DNA of 64,000 nt, from positions 129,763-193,762 of the forward strand of contig CAVUQH010000024.1 in NCBI GenBank assembly GCA_963743525.1, written 5' to 3'. The translations under genes were made by a program, and so were the position numbers. This DNA is from an uncultured delta proteobacterium (GTDB taxonomy: Bacteria > Myxococcota_A > Polyangia > Haliangiales > Haliangiaceae). Below, one piece after another: positions 34,735-43,702 of the stretch. A model generated the notes under the pieces. It worked only from the letters and a program-made list of their open reading frames with translations, did not search any database and had not been told where the DNA came from. Every line of letters begins with the position of its first letter. The first letter of the stretch is position 1.

Positions 34735-35370
34735 ATGCGCTGGGTCAGCCGGGTTGCGGTGGTGGTGGGTCTCCTCGGGTCGCTCGCAGGCGTGGCGTCG
34801 GCGCAGCCGGGCCGCACCTACCCGCAACCGCAGCCGCGCCCCACCTATCCGCAACCGACACCGTACGCACCCGCGGCGCCGCCGTGCGCGTACACTCCGA
34901 GCTGCCAGCGACCGACCTACCAGCTCACGCCACACGAGCAGGCGCTGCTCATGCACGGCGAATACACCCAGGGCGAGATCGTCGGCGGCGGTCTGCTCGG
35001 CACCTTCTTCGGCTTCGGCCTCGGCCACGCCGTGCAGGGCCGCTGGGGCGACAACGGCTGGATCTTCACCGGCGGTGAGATCGGCGCGATGGCGGTGATG
35101 TTCTCGACCATGGCCGACTGCATCGACGAGACCCTCGACGGTCCGCAGACCTGCCACGAGGAGTGGCTGGCGTTCAGCGCCATCGCCTTCGGCGTGCTCC
35201 GGCTGTGGGAGATCGTCAACGTCTGGTCCGGGCCCGCCCGCTACAACTCCGAGCTGCGGCAGCTGCGCTACCGTCTGGGTATGCAGCCGCCGCAACCGCG
35301 CTGGGGCTTGCAGCTGGCGCCCGCCAGGCACGGCTCCGGCGGCACCGTCGGCGTGACCTACCGGTTCTAG
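34735..35370 (+). CDS. Secreted hypothetical protein (Pro/Gln-rich N-region, Gly-rich hydrophobic core)
   Basis: Signal peptide MRWVSRVAVVVGLLGSLAGVASA. No known domain. Confidence 0.65.
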   Translation: MRWVSRVAVVVGLLGSLAGVASAQPGRTYPQPQPRPTYPQPTPYAPAAPPCAYTPSCQRPTYQLTPHEQALLMHGEYTQGEIVGGGLLGTFFGFGLGHAVQGRWGDNGWIFTGGEIGAMAVMFSTMADCIDETLDGPQTCHEEWLAFSAIAFGVLRLWEIVNVWSGPARYNSELRQLRYRLGMQPPQPRWGLQLAPARHGSGGTVGVTYRF

Positions 35371-36440
35371 TCCCGGCCCTGCTCTTTGAGCTTGGCCAGG
35401 ATCATCTCGCCCAGGTTGACCTTGCCCTCGCTGAGGAACTTCTTGACCGCGGGCGAGTTGGACTTGTCGCGACGGTCGTCGTTGGGACGACCACTGCTGC
35501 CGCCGCCAGCGCGGCGGTTGCCCTTGTTGTTGCCGCTGCGGTCGCGACGGTCGTTGCGGTCGCCGCCCTGGCGGGGCGGCTTGGGCAGCTTGCGGCGCAG
35601 ATCGTAGAGACGATCGCGCGTGGCGTGGATGTGCCGGCGAACCTTGGGCGCGTCCTCGCGCAGGCCGTCGCGAAGCAGTTGCTCGGCTTCGCCGAGGAGC
35701 TTGCGCGCCTGCGGCGGCTTGGTCTCGGCCTTCTCCGCGCGGTCAACCAGCACCTGCGCCAGGTTGTGCATCAGCAGCGCGCTGTGCGGCTCGACCTCGA
35801 GGCCGCGGCGATAGGCGCGCTCGGCGGCGGCGCCATCCTTCTCCGCCTCCTTGTACCAGGTGCCGCGGGCGTTCCAGGTCAGCTCGGCGTTGGCCAGCTC
35901 GGCGGCGCGGTCCCACTCGGCTTCGCTGCGCTCGCGATCGGCGAACCACGCCTGCTGCGCCACCAACGTGCGGAAGAACGGATCGCTGCCCAGCTCGTCC
36001 TCGAGCCTGGGGAAGATTTCGCCGAGGGCGTCGACGAACCACGGCTCGCCGCGCACGTCGCCGACCTCGAACAGCAGCGTGGCAAAGCCGAGCCGCACCA
36101 GGTGCAACAGGCGCCCCTGATCCTCTTCGCTGCGGGCCTCGGCCGGAGCATCGAGGTAGGCGCGCGCCGCGTCGACCGTGGCGCGCATGGCGTCGGCCCA
36201 GCGCTTCTCGCGCCGCGCGGCGTGAGCGGTGACGAAGTAGAACTCGACGCCCGGAGCGTCTCCCTCGGTGCCCAGCTTGACCACGCGCTCGCCAATCTCG
36301 GCGAAGCCGAGCTTGAACGCCAGCTCCGCCACCGGCGGGCCGATCTCGGGGTATTTCGTCGCCAGCTCGAGGAGCTTGCGCAGCTCCGGGGTCGGGTCCC
36401 CGCGTCCATCGGAGCGGCGGGAGTCGCCTGCGTTGTCCAT
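35367..36440 (-). CDS. Hypothetical cytoplasmic protein with helical (TPR-like) body and Arg/Asp/Gly-rich disordered tail
   Basis: 357-aa ORF with coherent composition. Convergent 4-bp overlap with the upstream gene. Tail PRQGGDRNDRRDRSGNNKGNRRAGGGSSGRPNDDRRDK. Confidence 0.65.
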   Translation of the reverse strand: MDNAGDSRRSDGRGDPTPELRKLLELATKYPEIGPPVAELAFKLGFAEIGERVVKLGTEGDAPGVEFYFVTAHAARREKRWADAMRATVDAARAYLDAPAEARSEEDQGRLLHLVRLGFATLLFEVGDVRGEPWFVDALGEIFPRLEDELGSDPFFRTLVAQQAWFADRERSEAEWDRAAELANAELTWNARGTWYKEAEKDGAAAERAYRRGLEVEPHSALLMHNLAQVLVDRAEKAETKPPQARKLLGEAEQLLRDGLREDAPKVRRHIHATRDRLYDLRRKLPKPPRQGGDRNDRRDRSGNNKGNRRAGGGSSGRPNDDRRDKSNSPAVKKFLSEGKVNLGEMILAKLKEQGRD

Positions 36441-36540
36441 GGCGCCGTTTTTAGCGCATAACGCCCCCGGGAGGGCAATTGCAGTGGCGGCCGGGGCCTC
36501 GTTCCTTTAGATTCGCACCGCCGTCCGGAAAGGGACCACC

Positions 36541-36946
36541 CGTGCGCACAGCCGCCTCCATCCTCACCGTCGCCCTCATCCTCACCGCCGCCGTCGGCCT
36601 GATCCGCGCCGAGAGCAAGGTCGGACCGCTGAAGGCCGGCTACCGGGCCTGGTCGGGCGACGACTGCAAAGCCCTGGTCCGGGGCAACGATGCCTACTGC
36701 AAGACCGGCGACTGCAAGGCGCTGGTCCGCAACAACGACGCCTACTGCGACACCGACGACTGCAAGGCGGTGGTCCGGGGCAACGACGCCTACTGCAAGA
36801 CCGGCGACTGCAAGGCGGTGGTGCGCAAGAACGACGCCTACTGCAAGACCGGCGACTGCAAGGGCTACGTGCGCAAGAACGACGCCTACTGCTCGAGCGA
36901 CGCGTGCAAGGCCATCGTCCGCGGCAACGACGCCTACTGCCGCTGA
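36541..36946 (+). CDS. Secreted tandem-repeat protein: signal peptide plus six 16-aa double-Cys repeats (DCKALVRGNDAYCKTG consensus)
   Basis: GTG start with ggaaaggg RBS. Signal ILTVALILTAAVGLIRA. Repeats DCKALVRGNDAYCKTG / DCKALVRNNDAYCDTD / DCKAVVRGNDAYCKTG / DCKAVVRKNDAYCKTG / DCKGYVRKNDAYCSSD / ACKAIVRGNDAYCR. Confidence 0.7.
36661..36946 (+). repeat. Six tandem copies of a 48-bp coding repeat (gactgcaaagccctggtccggggcaacgatgcctactgcaagaccggc consensus)
   Basis: Period-48 repetition visible in the DNA with mostly synonymous or conservative variation. Lies within the CDS above. Confidence 0.8.
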
Positions 36947-37710
36947 CGCTGGCAGTGGCGACGCTGGCCGGTGCCTGCTCCGGCCAGTCGCCGGCGACCG
37001 ACGCCGGCGTCGGGGGTGCCGACGCCGCGCGCACCACCGACGCCACACCGCCGGCCGACGCCGGCCCCTGCCCCGCCGACATGGCGCTGGTCGGCGCGAC
37101 CTGCATGGACTACTACGAGGCGCCCAACCTGCCCGGCGCCCTGCCGCTGGTGATGTACTCGTTCCACGAGGCCGAGGCGTGGTGCAGCGCGCGGCAAAAG
37201 CGCCTCTGCTTCGAAGACGAGTGGCTGACCGCCTGCGCCGGTGCCGATGGCAACGCCTATCCGTACGGCAACACCCGCGTTCCCGGCCTGTGCAACGACG
37301 AAGAGACCTGGCTCACCTACGATCAGACTCTGCTCAATGGCTGGCCCGACGGCGTCTCGGCCCCCGACGTGACCTCCCTCGACGATCTGCTGGCGCGAGC
37401 GCGCGCGGTATCGCCGGCGGCAAAGGCAGCGGCCGACCACGTCGCCGCCCTCTACCAGGGTGAAGGCAGCGGTGACAACGCCGACTGTCAGGGCGCCGCC
37501 GGTGTGCTCGACCTGGTCGGCAACGTCGAGGAGTGGACGCGGCGACGCACCAGCGGCGGGACCGAATACGACGGCAACCTCAAGGGCCGCTACTGGGCCG
37601 AGTCGCGCACCTGCCAGAGCAACGTCACCGTGCACGCCGATCCGTTCCGTTTCTACGAGATCGGCTTCCGCTGCTGCCGCGACGCTTACCCCGACGCCGC
37701 GTCGGACTGA
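36904..37710 (+). CDS. Formylglycine-generating-enzyme (FGE-sulfatase / SUMF1 / EgtB / PvdO) family protein, lipoprotein
   Basis: Lipobox LTLAVATLAGAC. FGE-sulfatase signatures AEAWCSARQKRLCFEDEWLTACAG, AYPYGN, VLDLVGNVEEWT, YEIGFRCCRD. Start overlaps the last 43 nt of the repeat-protein gene. Confidence 0.8.
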   Translation: MQGHRPRQRRLLPLTLAVATLAGACSGQSPATDAGVGGADAARTTDATPPADAGPCPADMALVGATCMDYYEAPNLPGALPLVMYSFHEAEAWCSARQKRLCFEDEWLTACAGADGNAYPYGNTRVPGLCNDEETWLTYDQTLLNGWPDGVSAPDVTSLDDLLARARAVSPAAKAAADHVAALYQGEGSGDNADCQGAAGVLDLVGNVEEWTRRRTSGGTEYDGNLKGRYWAESRTCQSNVTVHADPFRFYEIGFRCCRDAYPDAASD

Positions 37711-39752
37711 TCGAGCAGGTCGCGTACGCGACCGGCCAGGTCATCGATGGTGAACGGCTTGGCCACGAAGGCGACACCGTGGCCAAGCTCGTCGGCGGCC
37801 ACCAATCCGGCCGGCGCGTAGCCGGAGACGAAGATGACCCGCAGCTCCGGGTCCGAGGCGCGCATCCGCCGAGCGAGCTCGTCGCCGCGTATCCCCGGCA
37901 TGGCGACGTCGGTGATCAGCAGAGCGATCGGATGACGGCCACCGTCCATCGCCGCCAGTGCCTCTTCGCCGTGCGCGGCGGCGACGACCTCGTAGCCGCG
38001 CGCCCGCAGCCCTTCGGAGACCACGCGGCGCAAAATTCGCTCATCCTCGACCACCAGAATGCGCTCGGTGCCGTCAAAGGACCGGCGACTGACGGGCACC
38101 TCGCTGGCGCTGGCTCCCTCGCCCTCGCGGTAGGGCAGGTAGACGGTGAAACGCGCACCGCCGGTCGGCCCCGCCTCGACGTCGATGAAGCCACCGCTCT
38201 GGCGGACGATGCCGTAGACCGTGGACAGTCCGAGGCCGGTTCCCTGCCCCGGCTCCTTGGTGGTGAAGAACGGCTCGAAGATGTGCGGGCGAACCTCGTC
38301 GGAGATGCCATCGCCCTGATCGGTCACTTCGATGCCGACGTAGGTGCCGGCCGTGGCCTCGCGCTCCTCGTCGTCAGGAAGCTGAACTATGAAGGTGCGC
38401 ACGTCGAGCCGCCCGCCCCGAGACATGGCGTCGCGCGCGTTGACCACCAGGTTGACGATCACCTGTTCGAGCTGGGCCGGGTCGGCGACCACCACACAAC
38501 GCCGGTCGTCCAGGGACACTTCGAGCTGAATGTCGTCGCCGAGCAAGCGGCCGAGCAGCGTCTGCAACTCGGAGACGATGTCGTTGACGTTCAGCTCGCG
38601 CGGCTCGAGCACCTGACGGCGACTGAACGCCAGCAGTTGGCGGGTCAGCGTGGCCGCGCGCTCACCGGCGGCGCAGACGTCGTCCAGATCGCCGGCCAGC
38701 GCGGCATCGGTGGCACGTCGCCGCGCCCGGGTACCCAGCATCAGGATGATCGTGAGCAGATTGTTGAAGTCGTGCGCGATGCCGCCAGCCAGGCGGCCGA
38801 TGCTCTCCAGCCTGCGCGCCCGCTGCAGCTGCGCCTCGCTGCGCAACAGCGCTTCCTGCGCCCGCTCGCGCTCGGCGTGCTCGGCCTCGATGCGCCCGGT
38901 TGCCAGTCGCACTTTGCGCCGCAGCGACCACGACCAGGCCAGCGCCAACCCGGCGGCCGCGGCGAGCATGGCGCCGGCGAACAGCAAATACCGCGGCAGC
39001 GACGTCGAATCGCGCGGCTCGCCGAACCAGCGGTCGTAGATGACCTCGTACTCGCCGTTGGCCTTGATCGTGGCCAACCCGTGCTCGAGCCCAACCGCCA
39101 GATTGTGACGACCCGCGCGCACGGCGAACGCGTGCGGTCGGGGGTTGAGCGGCGCGCCGACACCGATCACGTTATCGATGCCCAGGCGTCGCAGGGCTGC
39201 TCGCCCGGTGACCTCGGACACCAGGGCGCAATCAGCCTCCCCGTCCGACAGCCGCGTCAGCGCCTCCGGCTGGCTGAGCGCGGGCAGCGGAATGACCCCT
39301 CGTTCCAGGTGCTCCCCGGTGTACGAGGCCGCCTGGAACAGCACCTTCTTGCCCGACATGTGCCCGGGAATGCAAGCAGTGGTCTCGCCGCGGCGGACGA
39401 AGATCTGGTCGTGCGCCATGCCGAACGTGGCAGCGAAATCGACCACCTCGGCGCGCTTGGCCGATACACACATGTCCGAGAGGTCGATGCCCTCGCCGTT
39501 GTCGAGCCGATCGCGGATGGTCGGCCACGGCCCCAGCTCGACCTGGATGTCCCAGCCCGCGGCGTCGCCGATGGCCCGCACCAGGTTGACGGTGAACCCG
39601 TGAGCGTGGCCGTCCGGGTCCTTCCACGAGTACGGCGGGAAGTCCTCGTTGGCGCCGAAAACGACCACAGGCCGCTTCTCCGAGCGCGCGTCATCGGCCG
39701 CAATGGAGAAGGCAGCAATAGCAGCAACCCCCAGCAGTCCGCCTTTACCCAC
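37686..39752 (-). CDS. Hybrid sensor histidine kinase: periplasmic solute-binding (SBP_bac_3-like) sensor, TM, HisKA, HATPase_c, receiver domain
   Basis: Signal peptide [22 protein letters not shown]-box [13 protein letters not shown]1 (DQGDGI), G2 (GTGLGLS) boxes. Receiver ILVVEDE...DVAMPG...K. Start set at an internal GTG; the track ORF starts at a TTG at 39947. Confidence 0.85.
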   Translation of the reverse strand: MGKGGLLGVAAIAAFSIAADDARSEKRPVVVFGANEDFPPYSWKDPDGHAHGFTVNLVRAIGDAAGWDIQVELGPWPTIRDRLDNGEGIDLSDMCVSAKRAEVVDFAATFGMAHDQIFVRRGETTACIPGHMSGKKVLFQAASYTGEHLERGVIPLPALSQPEALTRLSDGEADCALVSEVTGRAALRRLGIDNVIGVGAPLNPRPHAFAVRAGRHNLAVGLEHGLATIKANGEYEVIYDRWFGEPRDSTSLPRYLLFAGAMLAAAAGLALAWSWSLRRKVRLATGRIEAEHAERERAQEALLRSEAQLQRARRLESIGRLAGGIAHDFNNLLTIILMLGTRARRRATDAALAGDLDDVCAAGERAATLTRQLLAFSRRQVLEPRELNVNDIVSELQTLLGRLLGDDIQLEVSLDDRRCVVVADPAQLEQVIVNLVVNARDAMSRGGRLDVRTFIVQLPDDEEREATAGTYVGIEVTDQGDGISDEVRPHIFEPFFTTKEPGQGTGLGLSTVYGIVRQSGGFIDVEAGPTGGARFTVYLPYREGEGASASEVPVSRRSFDGTERILVVEDERILRRVVSEGLRARGYEVVAAAHGEEALAAMDGGRHPIALLITDVAMPGIRGDELARRMRASDPELRVIFVSGYAPAGLVAADELGHGVAFVAKPFTIDDLAGRVRDLLDQSDAASG

Positions 39753-39888
39753 TGCGCACAATGTAGCAGGTTCCAGGACAACCTTCGACCAGGGTACAGC
39801 TTCCCGGTTCTCAGGGGAGAACCCTGCCGACTCAGCCAGGCCTGGTCGTTGACCACGGCTGCGCCCTTCTGCCAAGGTGCGCAGCCCG

Positions 39889-40939
39889 ATGACGTCGCGC
39901 AATCTATCGATCACGCTGCTTGCTGCTGCGCTGTCGGCCTGTGGCAATCATGGCGCGATCGGCACGGACGGCGGCGACGGTGGACGGGTCGGCGACGATC
40001 GCCAGATCGACGTCTTCTCCGCCGAGCCGATCTACTTCGGCGATCCAGATCGGCGCACGGTCGACACCGAGGTGACCCTGCCCGGGGCCAATCTCTGGTA
40101 CGAAAACGTCTCGCTCCACCTGGGCCTCTCCTGTCCGACCGGCGGCTGCGACTGGTGGGATCGAGTCGGGCGCGTCTCCGTGGTCGACAACCCCGGCAGC
40201 GCCGACGAGCGAGAGATCGAGATCGCCCGGTTCGTCACGCCGTATCGCATCGGCGGCGACTTCGACATCGACGTCACCGATGTGTCGCCTCTGCTCCGCG
40301 GCACGCGCACCATTCGGCTGTTCATCGACACCTGGGTCGGTCCCGGCGACGCGCAAGGAGCCGGCTGGCTGGTCGACGTGTCGCTCGACTACACCGGGGG
40401 CATTGCCACGCCCGAGCCGTACGCGGTGATCCCGATTCTGGTCGCCCGAGAGCGTCGTCTACGGCGACCCGGCGCAACCGACCGCCCGCCGGACCACGGT
40501 CACGGTGCCCGCCGGCGCCGGCGACGTGGCCTTGCGCGGCATCGTCACCGGTCACGGCCAGGGCAACGCCGAGAACTGCGCCGAGTTCTGCTCGCGCGAG
40601 CACACCTTCCGCGTCGGCAGTGTCAACGACACCCGCACCATCTGGCGCGACGACTGCCTGACCACCGCGGTCCCCGATCAGCAAGGCACCTACACCCTGG
40701 CGCGCGCGGGCTGGTGTCCGGGGGCCACCGTTCACTACTGGTTCGGCCTGGTCTCGGCCGGCGTGCCCGCCGGCGGCGGCGACGTCGACGTCTCCTACGA
40801 CGTGGCGGCCTACGAGAACACCTGCCGCCCCGACGCCACGTCGTGCACCGGCTGCGTCGGTGGCAGCTGCGACTACGACGGCGGCTCCCACACCGAGCCG
40901 CACTACCTGGTTTCGGCCCTGCTGGTCCTGTACCGCTGA
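39889..40939 (+). pseudogene. Peptide-N4-(N-acetyl-beta-glucosaminyl)asparagine amidase F (PNGase F) homolog, lipoprotein, interrupted by a 1-bp frameshift near 40440-40460
   Basis: Lipobox LLAAALSAC. CDWWDRVGRVSVVDN...EIARFVTPYRIGGDFDIDVTDVSPLLRG...LFIDTWV aligns to PNGase F (CDEWDRYANVYVKN...EIGRFITPYWVG...EIDVTDFKSLLSG...IYTETWL). C-terminal half continues in the ORF 40505 frame (LRGIVTGHGQGNAENCAEFCSREHTF...AGWCPGATVHYW vs TTISGWGHAKPYDAGSRGCAEWCFRTHT...AGWCPGMAV). Confidence 0.75.
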
Positions 40940-40972
40940 GCCGCCTGGCCCGGGTCGAGCTATGCTCTGCAG

Positions 40973-41464
40973 ATGTCCGGCGAGGACGACGAGGATCTGT
41001 TCAGCCAGGCGATGCAGGGCGTCGACCGAATCGAGAATCGCGACCGCGTCGGCCCCAAGCGCAAGCGCACCGGCGCGAAACGGATCGCGTCCCCGCCTCG
41101 GCTGAAGCCCGACGGCGACGGCGACGGCGGTCGCGTCGCCAGCGTCAACGACAAGCGAATGGCCGACCTGCGCGCGGGACGGATCGCGCCCGACGAACGC
41201 CTGGACATGCACGGTCTGCGCGCCGACGACGCCCGCGCGGTGCTGGCCGAACGCGTACGCGCGGCGGCCGAGCGCGGTGCCCGCTGCCTGCTGGTGATCC
41301 ACGGGCGCGGCGCCCACTCCGGCGGCGCCGGCGTCCTGCCCGAGCTGGCGGCCGACGAGCTGATGGGCGGCCGCGCCGCCGCCCACGTGCTCGCGTTCTG
41401 TCGCGCGCAGCCGAAAGACGGCGGCGCCGGAGCGCTGTACGTGCTGCTCCGGCGCCGGCGCTAG
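40973..41464 (+). CDS. Smr domain protein (MutS2-related small nuclease)
   Basis: LDMHGLRADDARAVLAERVRAAAERGARCLLVIHGRGAHS matches the Smr signature (LDLHG...IHGKG). Confidence 0.8.
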   Translation: MSGEDDEDLFSQAMQGVDRIENRDRVGPKRKRTGAKRIASPPRLKPDGDGDGGRVASVNDKRMADLRAGRIAPDERLDMHGLRADDARAVLAERVRAAAERGARCLLVIHGRGAHSGGAGVLPELAADELMGGRAAAHVLAFCRAQPKDGGAGALYVLLRRRR

Positions 41465-41482
41465 ACTGCGGGTTGACTCAGC

Positions 41483-42265
41483 TCAGTGGCAACCGCCGCA
41501 GTCGCCGCCGAAGCAGCCCGGGCAGCAGTCCCAGCCGCAGTACCAGTGGTCGCAGTAGACGCAGGCCTCGTCGTGGAGGCAGCAGACGTCGTACCACGAG
41601 CAGCCGAGGTCGCACTTCTCCACTTCGGCCTGTCCGTCCACCGGCATCGTGCGGTAGTGCTGGACGTACGGCGCGACCATCAGGTTGGTGTGGACCAGGC
41701 CGTTGGGATCGTCGAGGTTGTAGACCTGGTCGTCCCACCAGGTGTCGCGGGTGCTGTCGGTGGCGTTGGGATCCTGCAGCTCGCGGATCAGCACTTCCTC
41801 CTGCCACATCAGGGCAAAGCGCACCGTTGACCGATCCATCTTGTTGGTGGCGTCGAACAGCTGCTGCAGCGCCTTGCTGTAGTGGGGCAGAAGCGTGTTG
41901 ACCGGCAGCGCCGACGGCTGCTGCGCGGCCGCGCGGGCGAGCATCCCCAACGAGGCGCCGACGTCCTGATCGGTGCCGAGCGGCACCGTCAGGCTGGTGA
42001 CCAGCTTGTTGTCCTCGGTGCGCACGGTGGCCTGGACCTCGTCGCCCACGACCTTCGACTCCAGCCGCAACGCCACGTCGCCGTCGCGATAGGTCGCGTA
42101 GATGCCGTTGACCGTGTCGCCCTCATACAGGTTGAAGCCGTTGACAATTGGCTCGTTGTGCACCGTGTCGCCCGTGGGCGGGCTGGAGATGTCGGTGGTG
42201 CAGGCGCCCGCGAGCAGAGCCCCGAACGCAAACGTCACAACTTGCAGTCCTACGAAACGCTTCAT
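41483..42265 (-). CDS. Lipoprotein with extreme Cys-rich C-terminal tail
   Basis: Lipobox ALLAGAC. C-terminus CDLGCSWYDVCCLHDEACVYCDHWYCGWDCCPGCFGGDCGGCH (16 Cys in the last 42 aa). Confidence 0.7.
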   Translation of the reverse strand: MKRFVGLQVVTFAFGALLAGACTTDISSPPTGDTVHNEPIVNGFNLYEGDTVNGIYATYRDGDVALRLESKVVGDEVQATVRTEDNKLVTSLTVPLGTDQDVGASLGMLARAAAQQPSALPVNTLLPHYSKALQQLFDATNKMDRSTVRFALMWQEEVLIRELQDPNATDSTRDTWWDDQVYNLDDPNGLVHTNLMVAPYVQHYRTMPVDGQAEVEKCDLGCSWYDVCCLHDEACVYCDHWYCGWDCCPGCFGGDCGGCH

Positions 42266-42411
42266 CTTGGTCCTCTTCTCCGGCGCGCAACGCGGCGTGT
42301 CACGCCGCTAAACCCTCTTGAAGCGGATGTAAGAGCAATCACCATGCCATCGGACAGAACTTGTTATCCGACCAGTTTCGTTGAAGGAATTGTGAGTGTG
42401 GCCTCCCGCGC

Positions 42412-42487
42412 TACGTTCAAATCGTCAAAGCTTTGAACAAGATCCGTTCAAACATTGGATCTTGAACAATGCGTTATTCTGAACGGC
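42412..42487. promoter_or_regulatory. AT-rich upstream region with a cluster of GTTCAAA/TTTGAAC inverted half-sites (candidate operator/promoter for the S1 protease gene)
   Basis: gttcaaatcgtcaaagctttgaacaagatccgttcaaacattggatcttgaacaatgcgttattctgaacgg: at least five TGAAC/GTTCA half-sites in alternating orientation, immediately 5' of the GTG at 42488. Confidence 0.45.
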
Positions 42488-43699
42488 GTGGGGCGGCGAC
42501 AGCGGCTACGGGCAGCGCTCGCGCTCGCGGGTTGGGTGGCGGTTTGCGCCGGCGGCTGCGGCGACAGCGACCCGGGCGCCGACACTTGCGGCGACGTTCG
42601 ATCGATCCTGCCCATCTACAACGGCACCACGGCGCCGCAGTACGTGCCGCTGTCGGCGGGACAGATCGAGGCCATCGGCACCTTCGGTCCGTGCAGCGGC
42701 ACGCTGGTCGCGCCGACCTGGGTGCTGACGGCGGCCCACTGCGGTGTTCCCGTGGGAACGGAGTTCTGTGTCGGCGCCCAGCCCGACACCCCCGATCAGT
42801 GCGTGGCCGCGACCCGCGTGGTCGATGCGCCGGACGCCGACCTGGAGCTGGTCGAGCTGGCCAGCGACCCGCGCCAGCTGCTGCCGTCGCTCGAGCCGCT
42901 GCCGATCGGAACCGCGGCGATCAATTCGAACTGGATCGGACGCACTGCCGAGGCCTCGGGCTACGGCCGCACGGAGACCGGCACCACCGGCACGCGGCTG
43001 TTCACCGCCGAGCCGATCGTCGCGGTCAACGACACCAGCATCTCCATCGACGGCGAGGGCGCCCGCGGCACTTGCGTGGGCGACTCCGGCGGGCCGCTGC
43101 TGGTGATGGCCGGCGACGGCACCATCCGCGTGGCCGGCGCGCTGAGCACCGGCGCCGAGAGCTGCCTGGGCGTCGATCACTTCACCCGCACCGACGCCAA
43201 CCGCATCTGGATCGAGGGCTATACCGGACCGACCATCGTCAACGGCGCCGGCTGCGACACCGTTGACCCGGTTGGGCGCTGCTTCGACGGCACGGCCATT
43301 TACTGCGCCGGCGACGCGGTCCGCGCCGACCCGTGCACCGCCAGCGACCCCTGCGGCTGGGACCCGACCGCCGGCGGCTACCGCTGCATCTCCGGACCGG
43401 ATCCGTGCGGCGGCGTCAACGGCTACGGCAGCTGCGACGGCGACGTCGCCCGCTGGTGCGAACAGGGCCAGCCGCGCAGCCGCGACTGCGCCGCGTGCGA
43501 GCAGCGCTGCGACCTGGTGGAAGCTCGCCTGGGCGTCTACTGTGTCGACGACCCGTGCCCGGGGCTGGACTTCTTCGGCCGCTGCGACGGCCAGGTCGCG
43601 CACTGGTGCGAGGCCGGGCAGGAGCGCACCCGCGACTGCGCCGCCGACGGCCTGACCTGCCAGTGGGCGGGCGACACCATCGGCTACTACTGCCAGTGA
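42488..43699 (+). CDS. Trypsin-like (S1) serine protease lipoprotein with C-terminal Cys-rich repeat modules
   Basis: Lipobox LALAGWVAVCAGGC. TAAHC, DLEL, GDSGGP catalytic motifs. Two Cys-rich repeats at the C-terminus: GSCDGDVARWCEQGQPRSRDCAACEQRCDL and GRCDGQVAHWCEAGQERTRDCAADGLTCQW. The track ORF starts at an upstream TTG at 42455. Confidence 0.85.
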   Translation: MGRRQRLRAALALAGWVAVCAGGCGDSDPGADTCGDVRSILPIYNGTTAPQYVPLSAGQIEAIGTFGPCSGTLVAPTWVLTAAHCGVPVGTEFCVGAQPDTPDQCVAATRVVDAPDADLELVELASDPRQLLPSLEPLPIGTAAINSNWIGRTAEASGYGRTETGTTGTRLFTAEPIVAVNDTSISIDGEGARGTCVGDSGGPLLVMAGDGTIRVAGALSTGAESCLGVDHFTRTDANRIWIEGYTGPTIVNGAGCDTVDPVGRCFDGTAIYCAGDAVRADPCTASDPCGWDPTAGGYRCISGPDPCGGVNGYGSCDGDVARWCEQGQPRSRDCAACEQRCDLVEARLGVYCVDDPCPGLDFFGRCDGQVAHWCEAGQERTRDCAADGLTCQWAGDTIGYYCQ

Positions 43700-43702
43700 T
43701 CG

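Noticed and set aside
32377-35331. 984-aa minus-strand ORF antisense to the MVP homolog and GH1 genes
   Set aside because: Arg/Ala-rich nonsense. The plus strand has strong homology-supported genes.
39877-41901. 674-aa plus-strand ORF
   Set aside because: Only the first about 190 aa (PNGase F N-half) are real. After the frameshift the frame reads Arg-rich nonsense through the Smr gene and antisense to the lipoprotein.
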